A stretch of DNA of 58,988 bases from an uncultured Pelagibacteraceae bacterium (GTDB taxonomy: Bacteria; Pseudomonadota; Alphaproteobacteria; Pelagibacterales; Pelagibacteraceae): contig CABXTP010000001.1 of the NCBI GenBank assembly GCA_902515175.1, positions 1 through 58,988 of the forward strand. The letters are read 5' to 3'. A program made the translations under genes and the position numbers. The notes below the pieces were generated by a model that did no database searches, was not told the DNA's origin, and saw only the letters and a list, made by a program, of their open reading frames with translations. Each line of letters begins with the position of its first letter. The stretch's first letter is position 1. Shown in pieces: positions 40,110 to 48,223 of this stretch.

Positions 40110-40790
40110 TTAGATACCTAAATTAATATTTTTGGATACATTGTAGTCAATTTGGATAGGTTTTTTCAAATTTAGATTATTCATGATTTCAATATATTCA
40201 TCAACACTACCAACTTGTAACCTTGGATTTTGTTTTTTTTCTTTTCCAATCGTACTTACCTTTTCGCCTTTATAATCATGGGCTGGGTATAGAAGAGTTT
40301 CCTCAGGTAATTTTAAAAGTTTATTAAATATTGAATTATAAGCATCTTTTGGGTTGCCATTTTGAAAATCTGTTCGACCAGTGCCATTAATTAAAAGAGT
40401 GTCACCTGAAAAAAGATAATTATCCATTAAAAAGCTATAACTATCTGAAGTATGTCCAGGGGTATACAATGCCTTAATTTTAAGATTATCTAGATTAATA
40501 TATTCATCATCTTTAACTTTTATTTCAACGGCATCCGCAGGAGTATGGGCACCCATAATAGTTGAGCATTTGGTAATATCTTTTAGCTTAGATGCTCCGG
40601 TTACGTGATCGGCATGAATGTGGGTGTCAATTACTTTAACTAATTTTAATTCTAATTGTTTAAGTAATTTTATATATTCAGAAACATTTTCTAAAACAGG
40701 ATCAATAATTAATGCTTCTCGACCTTTTCCTGATGAAACTAAGTATGTGTAAGTTGAAGATTTTGTATCAAACAATTGTCTAAAAATCAT
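40110..40790 (-). CDS. MBL-fold persulfide dioxygenase (ETHE1-like)
   Basis: FRQLFD..SSTYTYL, IIDPV, THIHADHVTG, TPGHT, GDTLLI.GTGRTDFQ, YPAHDY; start set at ATG 40790. Confidence 0.88.
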   Translation of the reverse strand: MIFRQLFDTKSSTYTYLVSSGKGREALIIDPVLENVSEYIKLLKQLELKLVKVIDTHIHADHVTGASKLKDITKCSTIMGAHTPADAVEIKVKDDEYINLDNLKIKALYTPGHTSDSYSFLMDNYLFSGDTLLINGTGRTDFQNGNPKDAYNSIFNKLLKLPEETLLYPAHDYKGEKVSTIGKEKKQNPRLQVGSVDEYIEIMNNLNLKKPIQIDYNVSKNINLGI

Positions 40791-40859
40791 AAAAATATAA
40801 TACCATATAAGTATAAATTGACCCATTGTTTTAATAATATCAAATATTAATTTGTATGT

Positions 40860-41363
40860 ATGAAACTTATAAAAATTATAATTATATTTCTATTTTTTCA
40901 TTCTTTTTCGTACGCAGATAAAAATATGAAAATTGGCTCAATAGGTAAAGAAAGTGAAGTCTCACGTGTTATTAAAGTTGTAATGTATGATAATTATTTT
41001 AAGCCAAGTTCTTTTCAAATTAAAACCGGCGAGACAATAAAATTTAAAGTAGAAAATGCTGGTATGCTTGTTCATGAATTTAATATAGCAAATAAGATGA
41101 TGCATATGATGCATCAACCAGAAATGAGAAAAATGTTTGAAAATGGAATTCTTCTTGCCTTCTCTATTGATAAAGAAAAAATGAAAAAGATGGCAAAAAT
41201 AGATAAGTCAATGGGTCATTCACACAATAATAGTGTTTTGCTAGAACCAAAACAAAAGGGAGAAATCATTTGGAAATTTGATAATGCTGTTAACATAGAG
41301 GTAGCTTGTAATGTTCCTGGTCATTATCAAGCTGGAATGATTGCGAAAGTTAATATAAATTAA
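40860..41363 (+). CDS. Periplasmic cupredoxin (CopI-like)
   Basis: Signal peptide; HEF, Met/His-rich insert, CNVPGHYQAGM type-1 Cu ligands. Confidence 0.88.
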   Translation: MKLIKIIIIFLFFHSFSYADKNMKIGSIGKESEVSRVIKVVMYDNYFKPSSFQIKTGETIKFKVENAGMLVHEFNIANKMMHMMHQPEMRKMFENGILLAFSIDKEKMKKMAKIDKSMGHSHNNSVLLEPKQKGEIIWKFDNAVNIEVACNVPGHYQAGMIAKVNIN

Positions 41364-41367
41364 TCTT

Positions 41368-41814
41368 ATGGATAATAGCGCTACTACCAATTTTAATTGG
41401 TTGTGCAAACATACTTGGCAAAGAAGCGCAAAAAATACAAGCTGGTGTTTATTAGGATGTGCAATAGGTGATTTTGGAACAATTTTATTTTTTCAATTTA
41501 CCAAAATCCCTTTACCAGTCTTAGCGATTATGACGTTAGCCATTATTAATGGTCTGATTACAAGTATTATTCTAGAAACGGTAATTTTAATGAAACAAAA
41601 TCTAGATTTTTCAAAAGCTTTTAAGACAGCAATGGGAATGAGTTTAATTTCAATGATAAGTATGGAGATTGCAATGAATTTGACTGATTATTTATTAACT
41701 GGAGGTGCAATATTAAACTGGTGGATAATTCCTATTATGCTTATTGTTGGTTTTATAACCCCGTGGCCATATAATTATTGGAGATTAAAAAAATTTGGCG
41801 TTAATTGTCATTAA
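41368..41814 (+). CDS. DUF4396 membrane protein
   Basis: T.WCL.GCAIGD, S.ISMEIAMN, GF..PWPYNYW. Confidence 0.85.
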   Translation: MDNSATTNFNWLCKHTWQRSAKNTSWCLLGCAIGDFGTILFFQFTKIPLPVLAIMTLAIINGLITSIILETVILMKQNLDFSKAFKTAMGMSLISMISMEIAMNLTDYLLTGGAILNWWIIPIMLIVGFITPWPYNYWRLKKFGVNCH

Positions 41815-42523
41815 AAACTGGGATAATAGAAATTGGCTTTCGTCTAGACAATACATAAATAATTTAAATGATTTTATTCTCAAAAAGATAAGATTAAATA
41901 AGTTTTCAAATATTCTAGATATTGGTTGTGGTCGTGGTAAAATTATTGGGAATTTAAAATCACGATTGAATCTTAAAAAAAAACCAATCGGAATTGATTT
42001 AGTAAATCATAAGGATAAAGATAAAAGAATACATTTTAAAAAAATAGATGCTTTACTATTTTTTTCAAAGAATAAAATTAAATTTGATTTAATTTTGATT
42101 AAACAGACAATTCATTTACTTAGTATTAAGAATATAAAAAAACTAATTAGTTATTGTAAAAAAAACCTAAACTCGAATGGGGCAATATTAATTTTTACTC
42201 TAGATCCACATAAGAATGAAATACCATCATTTGTATTAATGAAAAAAAAACTTAATAAATCTTTTTATAGAGATAAAATGATTACAAAAATCTTACACAA
42301 ATTTTTACCAAATATTAAACTTAAAAGATTTGTTTATAAAGTTGAAATATCAAAAAAAAAATATATTAAAATGATTCGGAGCAGATTTATATCAAATTTA
42401 GTATCCATGAATGAAAAAGATATTAATAATGGAATTCAAGAAATTAAGACAAAATATAAGAGAAAAATCAAATTTAACGACAATCTAGTTTGTTTGATAT
42501 ACCAAAAAAAAATTAAAGGATAA
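41795..42523 (+). CDS. Class I SAM-dependent methyltransferase
   Basis: ILDIGCGRG, GID, FDLI......H, L..NG; exact start uncertain. Confidence 0.85.
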   Translation: MALIVIKNWDNRNWLSSRQYINNLNDFILKKIRLNKFSNILDIGCGRGKIIGNLKSRLNLKKKPIGIDLVNHKDKDKRIHFKKIDALLFFSKNKIKFDLILIKQTIHLLSIKNIKKLISYCKKNLNSNGAILIFTLDPHKNEIPSFVLMKKKLNKSFYRDKMITKILHKFLPNIKLKRFVYKVEISKKKYIKMIRSRFISNLVSMNEKDINNGIQEIKTKYKRKIKFNDNLVCLIYQKKIKG

Positions 42524-42567
42524 CAGAGGCACCCTTTTAGCCTTATGACCAAAAGAGCTCCTCTGTT
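42522..42567 (-). other. Long RNA hairpin, strand-specific to minus
   Basis: AACAGAGG-A-GCUCUUUUGGUC-AUAA-GGCUAAAAGGGU-G-CCUCUGUU: 20 bp including four G.U pairs that would be mismatches on the plus strand. Confidence 0.6.
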
Positions 42568-42634
42568 TTGCTTTTTTGGGTTTTAAATCCAAGTGGAATT
42601 AAATTAATTTTTTTTTTAGAATGCAGCTACCCAG

Positions 42635-42661
42635 CTAAGTATCAGGTGGCTTTTTATTCAT
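42635..42661 (-). CDS. Candidate 8-aa micro-ORF MNKKPPDT
   Basis: AAGGAGGT Shine-Dalgarno with canonical spacing before ATG AAT AAA AAG CCA CCT GAT ACT TAG. Confidence 0.4.
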   Translation of the reverse strand: MNKKPPDT

Positions 42662-42845
42662 TTAAATAACCTCCTTAATTTAGAAATAAATTTTTAGATG
42701 GTTGTATTCAAGAAATTTTTTTTGTTTAAATTAAAATAAATTTGTTAAATACAACTTGATGATTTAATATCATTCGGTCTAATTTATAATTCACCTAATA
42801 TTAGAATTTAATTGAATTTGTTTTGAATAAATATAAATTTATTTT

Positions 42846-43025
42846 ATGAAATACATATATGGATTAACAAATTTAATAACTTGTTTAATTTCATCCACAG
42901 TTATTATTTATAGTATTAATATAATTGCGGGGTTTGCAGGAGCAGATTATTCATTTTCACATGGTGAGACTTTTGTGATTTGGATATTGATGGCAATATT
43001 ATTAAACAATTGTTTTAAAAGATAA
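42846..43025 (+). CDS. Small two-TM membrane protein (59 aa), not in ORF track
   Basis: MKYIYGLTNLITCLISSTVIIYSINIIAGFAGADYSFSHGETFVIWILMAILLNNCFKR*; next ATG 8 nt downstream. Confidence 0.6.
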   Translation: MKYIYGLTNLITCLISSTVIIYSINIIAGFAGADYSFSHGETFVIWILMAILLNNCFKR

Positions 43026-43033
43026 ATCTAGAA

Positions 43034-43321
43034 ATGAATAATTCAGTGAAAACGGATGATGTTATTTTTAATTTTTTTAAGCAAATCTGTGATGAAAAAA
43101 ATGACCAAAAATGCATTGATTTAGGAAATAGCTGGATAAAAGCAATGGAAAAAAATCTCGAAAATATTGAGGCTAATTTAGATGAAGCAGATAAAGAAAA
43201 ACATGAAAATGATATTAAAAATAATAGAGATCATCTTAACAGCCTTAAAGGTAAAAATTCAACTGAGTGGCGTGAATATGCAACCAAATGTATGATTGAA
43301 ATCATGGGTAAAAAAGTATAG
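43034..43321 (+). CDS. Hypothetical helical protein (95 aa)
   Basis: ORF with charged, helical composition; no family recognised. Confidence 0.7.
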   Translation: MNNSVKTDDVIFNFFKQICDEKNDQKCIDLGNSWIKAMEKNLENIEANLDEADKEKHENDIKNNRDHLNSLKGKNSTEWREYATKCMIEIMGKKV

Positions 43322-43324
43322 AAA

Positions 43325-43397
43325 TTTAGCAGGGGTGTCTATAATAGACTGAGATTAAACCCTATGAACCTGTCCGGTAATTCAGAAAGGGAGAATA
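43325..43397 (+). promoter_or_regulatory. TPP (THI-box) riboswitch, compact variant
   Basis: AGGGGTGTC-tataata-GACTGAGA...ACCC.ATGAACCTG...TAAT...AGGGA ends just before the ATG, overlapping the RBS. Confidence 0.85.
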
Positions 43398-44840
43398 ATG
43401 GATAACAAATACTTCATAAGTCAATCAACGTCATTAACAATACTAGTTGTAATTAGTTTATTATTTGCATTCATAGGCTTATATCATTCAAAAAAATACA
43501 AAGGTTTAAACAACTATTTAACTGCTAATAGGAATATTGGTTTATTTTCTTTAACAACTAGCCTAACCTCATCCGCTTTAGGAGCTTGGATTTTATTTGG
43601 ACCTGCCTCTGCTGCAACTTGGGGAGGATTAGGTGCAATTATAGGTTATTCATTAGGAACAGCATTTCCAATGTTTTTTTTAATTTTTTTGGGAAAAAAA
43701 ATTAGGGAAGAATTTCCAAATGGATTTTCTTTAATTGAATTTATGAGAAAAAAATTTGGAAAAAGCTTATTTAAGCTAATTTTGTTAATGACTATCTTTT
43801 ATATGTTCATCTTTTTATGCGCTGAAGTAACTGCTATTGCTGTTTTGATAAATTATATATCAGGTACAAAACTCTGGCTTACTGCTCTGATAGTCTTGCT
43901 TTCTACATTAGTCTATACTTTATACGGTGGCTTAAAAGCCTCTATCTTTACAGATAATATTCAAATGATTGTTATTGGAATTTTGATATTTTTTTCAATT
44001 ATATATATTAATTATATTACAGGATCTCAATTTTCATTTAATCTCATTAAAGAAAAAAATCCTCATCTTTTAAGCAGTTCTTATGTGCCAAACTACACAG
44101 CAGGATTAACTTTTTTTATTGCTGTTGCTGCAACAAATTTATTTCATCAAGGAAATTGGCAACGCATATATGCTGCAAAAAACTTTAAAACATTAAAAAA
44201 AAGTTTGATAATTTCTTTTTTTTTGATAGTTCCAATTGTTTTTTTTATGGGTTTTACAGGGATGGTTGCCTTTTCAATAGACCCTACAATAAGACCAGAT
44301 CTTGGTTTTTTCTCATTATTACTTAAAGATCAATCTTCTTTTATATCTTTGGTTGTAATTATCCTTGGTTTATCCTTAACTATCTCAACCGTAGATACAT
44401 TAATAAATGCTATATCAAGTTTAATAATAGTCGATGGAAAGGCTACTTTAAATTTTAACAGAAAAATAAACTATTTAAATTTTTCTAAATATATAATTAT
44501 AATATTATCTGTAATTTCTTTTATAGTTGCATCAAAAGGATTTGATATTCTTTATTTATTTTTATTAGCAGATTTATTATGTTGTGCTTTTGTTTTAACT
44601 GTAGTTTACAGTTTCTATAATAAAAAAATTACTGAAAAAACAGCTTATTCCTCTATTATAATTGGATTAGTAGGTGGTTTTTTGATGTTTCCAACTCCTG
44701 ATTTTTCAAAAAGTTTATTGGTTGGAATTATAATTCCAAAGGAATTATTTGCACCGTTTGTTTCTCAATCGTTATTATTTTTATCTTTCGTAGTTGCAAC
44801 TTTCCTACCATTTTTCATTTTTACCACTAAAAAGAATTAA
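43398..44840 (+). CDS. thiV: Sodium:solute symporter, ThiV-like thiamin-pyrimidine (HMP) transporter
   Basis: SSS motifs (Y.TA.R, GAWILFGP, YT.YGGL.ASI.TD..Q, FHQG.WQR) downstream of a TPP riboswitch. Confidence 0.8.
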   Translation: MDNKYFISQSTSLTILVVISLLFAFIGLYHSKKYKGLNNYLTANRNIGLFSLTTSLTSSALGAWILFGPASAATWGGLGAIIGYSLGTAFPMFFLIFLGKKIREEFPNGFSLIEFMRKKFGKSLFKLILLMTIFYMFIFLCAEVTAIAVLINYISGTKLWLTALIVLLSTLVYTLYGGLKASIFTDNIQMIVIGILIFFSIIYINYITGSQFSFNLIKEKNPHLLSSSYVPNYTAGLTFFIAVAATNLFHQGNWQRIYAAKNFKTLKKSLIISFFLIVPIVFFMGFTGMVAFSIDPTIRPDLGFFSLLLKDQSSFISLVVIILGLSLTISTVDTLINAISSLIIVDGKATLNFNRKINYLNFSKYIIIILSVISFIVASKGFDILYLFLLADLLCCAFVLTVVYSFYNKKITEKTAYSSIIIGLVGGFLMFPTPDFSKSLLVGIIIPKELFAPFVSQSLLFLSFVVATFLPFFIFTTKKN

Positions 44841-44887
44841 TATTACTCGATTGTATTAACGAAATTAATAGCTATATATCTGTTCCA

Positions 44888-45823
44888 ATGACAAACAATC
44901 AAATAGAAATTAATAATCTCTCAAAAATTTATGATAATGGATTTAAAGCATTAAAAAAAATAAATTTAAATATTAAAAAAGGTGAAATTTTTGCAATGTT
45001 AGGACCTAATGGTGCAGGAAAAACTACGCTTATAAGTATTATTTGTGGTATTGTTAAACCATCATCGGGTAATGTGACAGTTGAAAATTTTGATATAATA
45101 AAAGATTATAGAGAAACGCGTGCTAGAATTGGTTTGGTTCCTCAAGAGCTCACTCTTGAACAGTTTGAAACAGTTTTCAAAAATATTTCGTATTCCAGAG
45201 GTCTTTATGGAAAAAGTCCAAACCCTAAATATATAGAAAAAATTCTTAAACAATTGAGCCTTTGGGACAAAAAAGATCTAAATCTTAGACAACTTTCTGG
45301 AGGAATGAAGAGAAGAGTTTTAATTGCAAAAGCGTTATCTCATGAACCACAAATATTATTTCTAGACGAACCAACTGCTGGAGTTGATGTTGAGTTAAGA
45401 AAAGAAATGTGGAAGGTTGTCAAATCTTTAAGAGAAACAGGTGTAACGATTATTTTAACTACACATTACATTGAAGAGGCAGAAGCGATTGCTGATCGAG
45501 TGGGTGTTATTAATCAAGGTGAAATAGTCGTAGTCGAGCAAAAAAATGAATTGATTAAGAAAATGGGAAATAAAAAACTTATTGTTGAATTACAACATGA
45601 AATTAAAGAATTACCAGGTTCTCTAGAAAAATATAATTTAGCTATAGGGGATGAGAGAATGTCTTTGAATTATACTTATGACCTCAAAAGTAAACAAACA
45701 GGGATTACAAATCTTTTGCAAGACATTAAAGATTCTAGTCTAAAATTAAGAGATTTAAAAACTGAGCAAAGTAATTTAGAGAAAATATTTGTAACACTGG
45801 TAAAGGAGAATAATGAAAATTAA
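44888..45823 (+). CDS. ABC transporter ATP-binding protein (YadG-like)
   Basis: GPNGAGKTT, LSGGMKRR, LDEPTAGVDVELR, TTHYIEEAE. Confidence 0.93.
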   Translation: MTNNQIEINNLSKIYDNGFKALKKINLNIKKGEIFAMLGPNGAGKTTLISIICGIVKPSSGNVTVENFDIIKDYRETRARIGLVPQELTLEQFETVFKNISYSRGLYGKSPNPKYIEKILKQLSLWDKKDLNLRQLSGGMKRRVLIAKALSHEPQILFLDEPTAGVDVELRKEMWKVVKSLRETGVTIILTTHYIEEAEAIADRVGVINQGEIVVVEQKNELIKKMGNKKLIVELQHEIKELPGSLEKYNLAIGDERMSLNYTYDLKSKQTGITNLLQDIKDSSLKLRDLKTEQSNLEKIFVTLVKENNEN

Positions 45824-46580
45824 TTATTATGGTCTCAAATCAATCTATTTACATGAGATGGATCGTTTTAGAAGAACATTAGGTCAATCACTTTTATCTC
45901 CTGTGATATCTACTTGTCTATATTTTATTGTTTTTGGATCTGTAATAGGAAATTATATTCAAAATATTGATGGCATAAGTTATGGATCATATATTGTTCC
46001 CGGATTATTAATGTTAACATTACTAACTCAATCTATCAGCAATACTTCTTTTGGTATTTTTTTCCCTAAATTTAATGGAACAATTTACGAAATTTTAGCA
46101 GCTCCCATTTCTTCATTTGAAATAGTTTTGGCATTTGTTAGTGCAGGAGCAACAAAAACATTAATCGTTGGAATAGTAATATTTACAACTTCTTTATTTT
46201 TTGTGGATGTTGAAGTTCAGTTTCCATTTTTAATGTGTTTCTTGTTAGTCTTAGTGGCTTTTACTTTTGCGCTTTTTGGATTTTTAATTGGCCTAATGAG
46301 TAAAGATTTTGAACAAATGTCAATAATTCCATCACTAGTAATAACACCTATGGTATTTCTTGGTGGTAGCTTATATTCACTGGATATGCTACCAGAATTT
46401 TGGCAGATGATAACTTACTTTAATCCAGTGGTTTATCTTATCAATGGTTTAAGGTTTTCTTTTTATGGAGTTTCAGACTTCAATATTTGGATAAGTATAG
46501 GTTTATTAATTTTATTCTTAATAATTTGTGTAACAATCGTATCTATACTTTTAAAAAAAGGTTATAACATCAAATCATAA
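45813..46580 (+). CDS. ABC-2 type permease (YadH-like)
   Basis: QSLLSPVIST.LYFIVFG, IVPGLLM, FLGGS.YS, NPVVYLI.G.R. Confidence 0.92.
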   Translation: MKINYYGLKSIYLHEMDRFRRTLGQSLLSPVISTCLYFIVFGSVIGNYIQNIDGISYGSYIVPGLLMLTLLTQSISNTSFGIFFPKFNGTIYEILAAPISSFEIVLAFVSAGATKTLIVGIVIFTTSLFFVDVEVQFPFLMCFLLVLVAFTFALFGFLIGLMSKDFEQMSIIPSLVITPMVFLGGSLYSLDMLPEFWQMITYFNPVVYLINGLRFSFYGVSDFNIWISIGLLILFLIICVTIVSILLKKGYNIKS

Positions 46581-46600
46581 CTGACCCATTTCTGGGCCAG
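46581..46600 (-). terminator. Probable terminator hairpin between convergent ABC permease and aceA
   Basis: Minus strand CUGGCCCA-GAAA-UGGGUCAG, an 8-bp stem with a GNRA loop. Confidence 0.55.
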
Positions 46601-46631
46601 CTATTTCACTATTTTACAAGAGGATTATCGT

Positions 46632-47906
46632 TTAAAATTGTTCAGACTCTGTAGAGCCTTCCATTGCGGTAGTTGAACTTTTTCCGCTACTTATTGTATT
46701 TGAGACTGCATCGAAATAAGAAGTTCCAACTTCTCTTTGATGCTTTACGCTAGTATATCCATCTTTTTCACGAGCAAATTCTTGTTCTTGTATCTTTGAG
46801 TAAGCAGACATACCTTCTTTTTTATATTTTTCTGCAAGTTCAAATATTGCAATATTTTGGGTATGAAATCCGGCTAGGGTAATGAATTGAAACTTATAAC
46901 CCATAGCACTTATTTCTTTTTGAAAAGAAGCTATTTCAGAATCTGAAAGATGTTTTTTCCAATTAAAAGAAGGTGAACAATTGTAAGCTAAAAGCTTTCC
47001 AGGAAACTTTTCATGAATAGCATCTGCAAATTTTTTTGCCTCTTCTAGGTTAGGTGTCGCTGTTTCACACCAAATTAAATCTGAGTACGGTGCATAAGCT
47101 AATCCTCTTGATATAGCTTGTTCTATCCCAGCTTTAACATAATAGAATCCCTCAGGTGATCTTTCACCAGTAAGAAAAGGTTTGTCATTATCATCATAAT
47201 CATTAGTAATTAATTTAGCTGCATTGGCATCGGTTCTAGCTAATATAATTAATGGTACATCCGCTATATCAGCAGCTAATCTTGCAGCTTTTAAATTTTT
47301 AATCATTGTACCTGTCGGAACTAAAACTTTACCCCCCATGTGACCACATTTTTTCTCACTTGCTAATTGGTCTTCAAAATGAACACCTGCTGCGCCTGCT
47401 TTGATAAATTTTTTTGCAAGTTCGAATACATTTAAAGGTCCACCAAAGCCTGCTTCGCCATCTGCAATTATTGGGAGCATATAATCAACTTTTTTTTCTT
47501 CAGTCATATCTCCATCTTTTAATTCCATATGTTGAATTTGATCAGCTCTAATTAGGGCATTATTCATTGACTCAACTAATTTTGGTGCACTATCATAAGG
47601 ATACAGTGATTGATCAGGATACATTTCACCCGCACTATTCGCGTCAGCAGCTACTTGCCAGCCACTTAAATAGATTGCTTTTAGACCAGCCTTAGCATGT
47701 TGTACTGCATGATTTCCTGACAAAGAACCCAAAGTGTTAACATATGCTTCAGAATTTAACAAATTCCATAATTTAATTGATTGCTGTTTACATAAAGAAT
47801 ATTCAATTTTTATTGAACCTCGTAATCTATCTACCTCTTCAGGAGAATAGTCTCTTTTAATTCCAGCAAATCTTTTTAAATCGTATGAGATATTTTCTGC
47901 ACTCAT
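46632..47906 (-). CDS. aceA: Isocitrate lyase
   Basis: [52 protein letters not shown]. Confidence 0.98.
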   Translation of the reverse strand: MSAENISYDLKRFAGIKRDYSPEEVDRLRGSIKIEYSLCKQQSIKLWNLLNSEAYVNTLGSLSGNHAVQHAKAGLKAIYLSGWQVAADANSAGEMYPDQSLYPYDSAPKLVESMNNALIRADQIQHMELKDGDMTEEKKVDYMLPIIADGEAGFGGPLNVFELAKKFIKAGAAGVHFEDQLASEKKCGHMGGKVLVPTGTMIKNLKAARLAADIADVPLIILARTDANAAKLITNDYDDNDKPFLTGERSPEGFYYVKAGIEQAISRGLAYAPYSDLIWCETATPNLEEAKKFADAIHEKFPGKLLAYNCSPSFNWKKHLSDSEIASFQKEISAMGYKFQFITLAGFHTQNIAIFELAEKYKKEGMSAYSKIQEQEFAREKDGYTSVKHQREVGTSYFDAVSNTISSGKSSTTAMEGSTESEQF

Positions 47907-47954
47907 TGTAAATCCTATTTTTAAAATTTTTGTAGAAAATGTTAGTTGAACGAA

Positions 47955-48116
47955 TTAACTGTTGTCGTTTAGAGTCTCAACAAGGTCTTTCATTCCACTT
48001 GAACCCCAATCACAGTGATCATCTCTCATATAAATCCCTCTACTATTATGTCTAGCAAGGTCCTCACTATTTATGATTTGAGCCTCATTTTCTGTATTTT
48101 TAAGTTTTTCGTCCAT
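47955..48116 (-). CDS. Small acidic protein (53 aa) upstream of aceA, not in ORF track
   Basis: MDEKLKNTENEAQIINSEDLARHNSRGIYMRDDHCDWGSSGMKDLVETLNDNS*; coding-like GC content in an otherwise AT-rich spacer. Confidence 0.6.
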   Translation of the reverse strand: MDEKLKNTENEAQIINSEDLARHNSRGIYMRDDHCDWGSSGMKDLVETLNDNS

Positions 48117-48127
48117 GAAAACTATAT

Positions 48128-48221
48128 AATTTACAAGATTTACAAAATCTACAAAAAAGAGCTATTTTGCTTGTAAATTAAGTAAATTTTCTGTAAATTA
48201 AAATTTACAAAATTTACAAAA
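48128..48221. promoter_or_regulatory. Array of TTTACAA/TTGTAAA repeats, probable RamB-family operator
   Basis: About seven copies (ATTTACAAG, ATTTACAAA, TCTACAAA, TTGTAAAT, CTGTAAAT, ATTTACAAA x2) between divergent aceA and regulator; similar to TTTGCAAA boxes of RamB/PccR. Confidence 0.7.
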
Positions 48222-48223
48222 AA

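Noticed and set aside
48128-48221. Short repeats as a CRISPR array or replication iterons
   Set aside because: Units are 7-9 nt with no spacers and no cas or rep genes; they fit a regulator operator better
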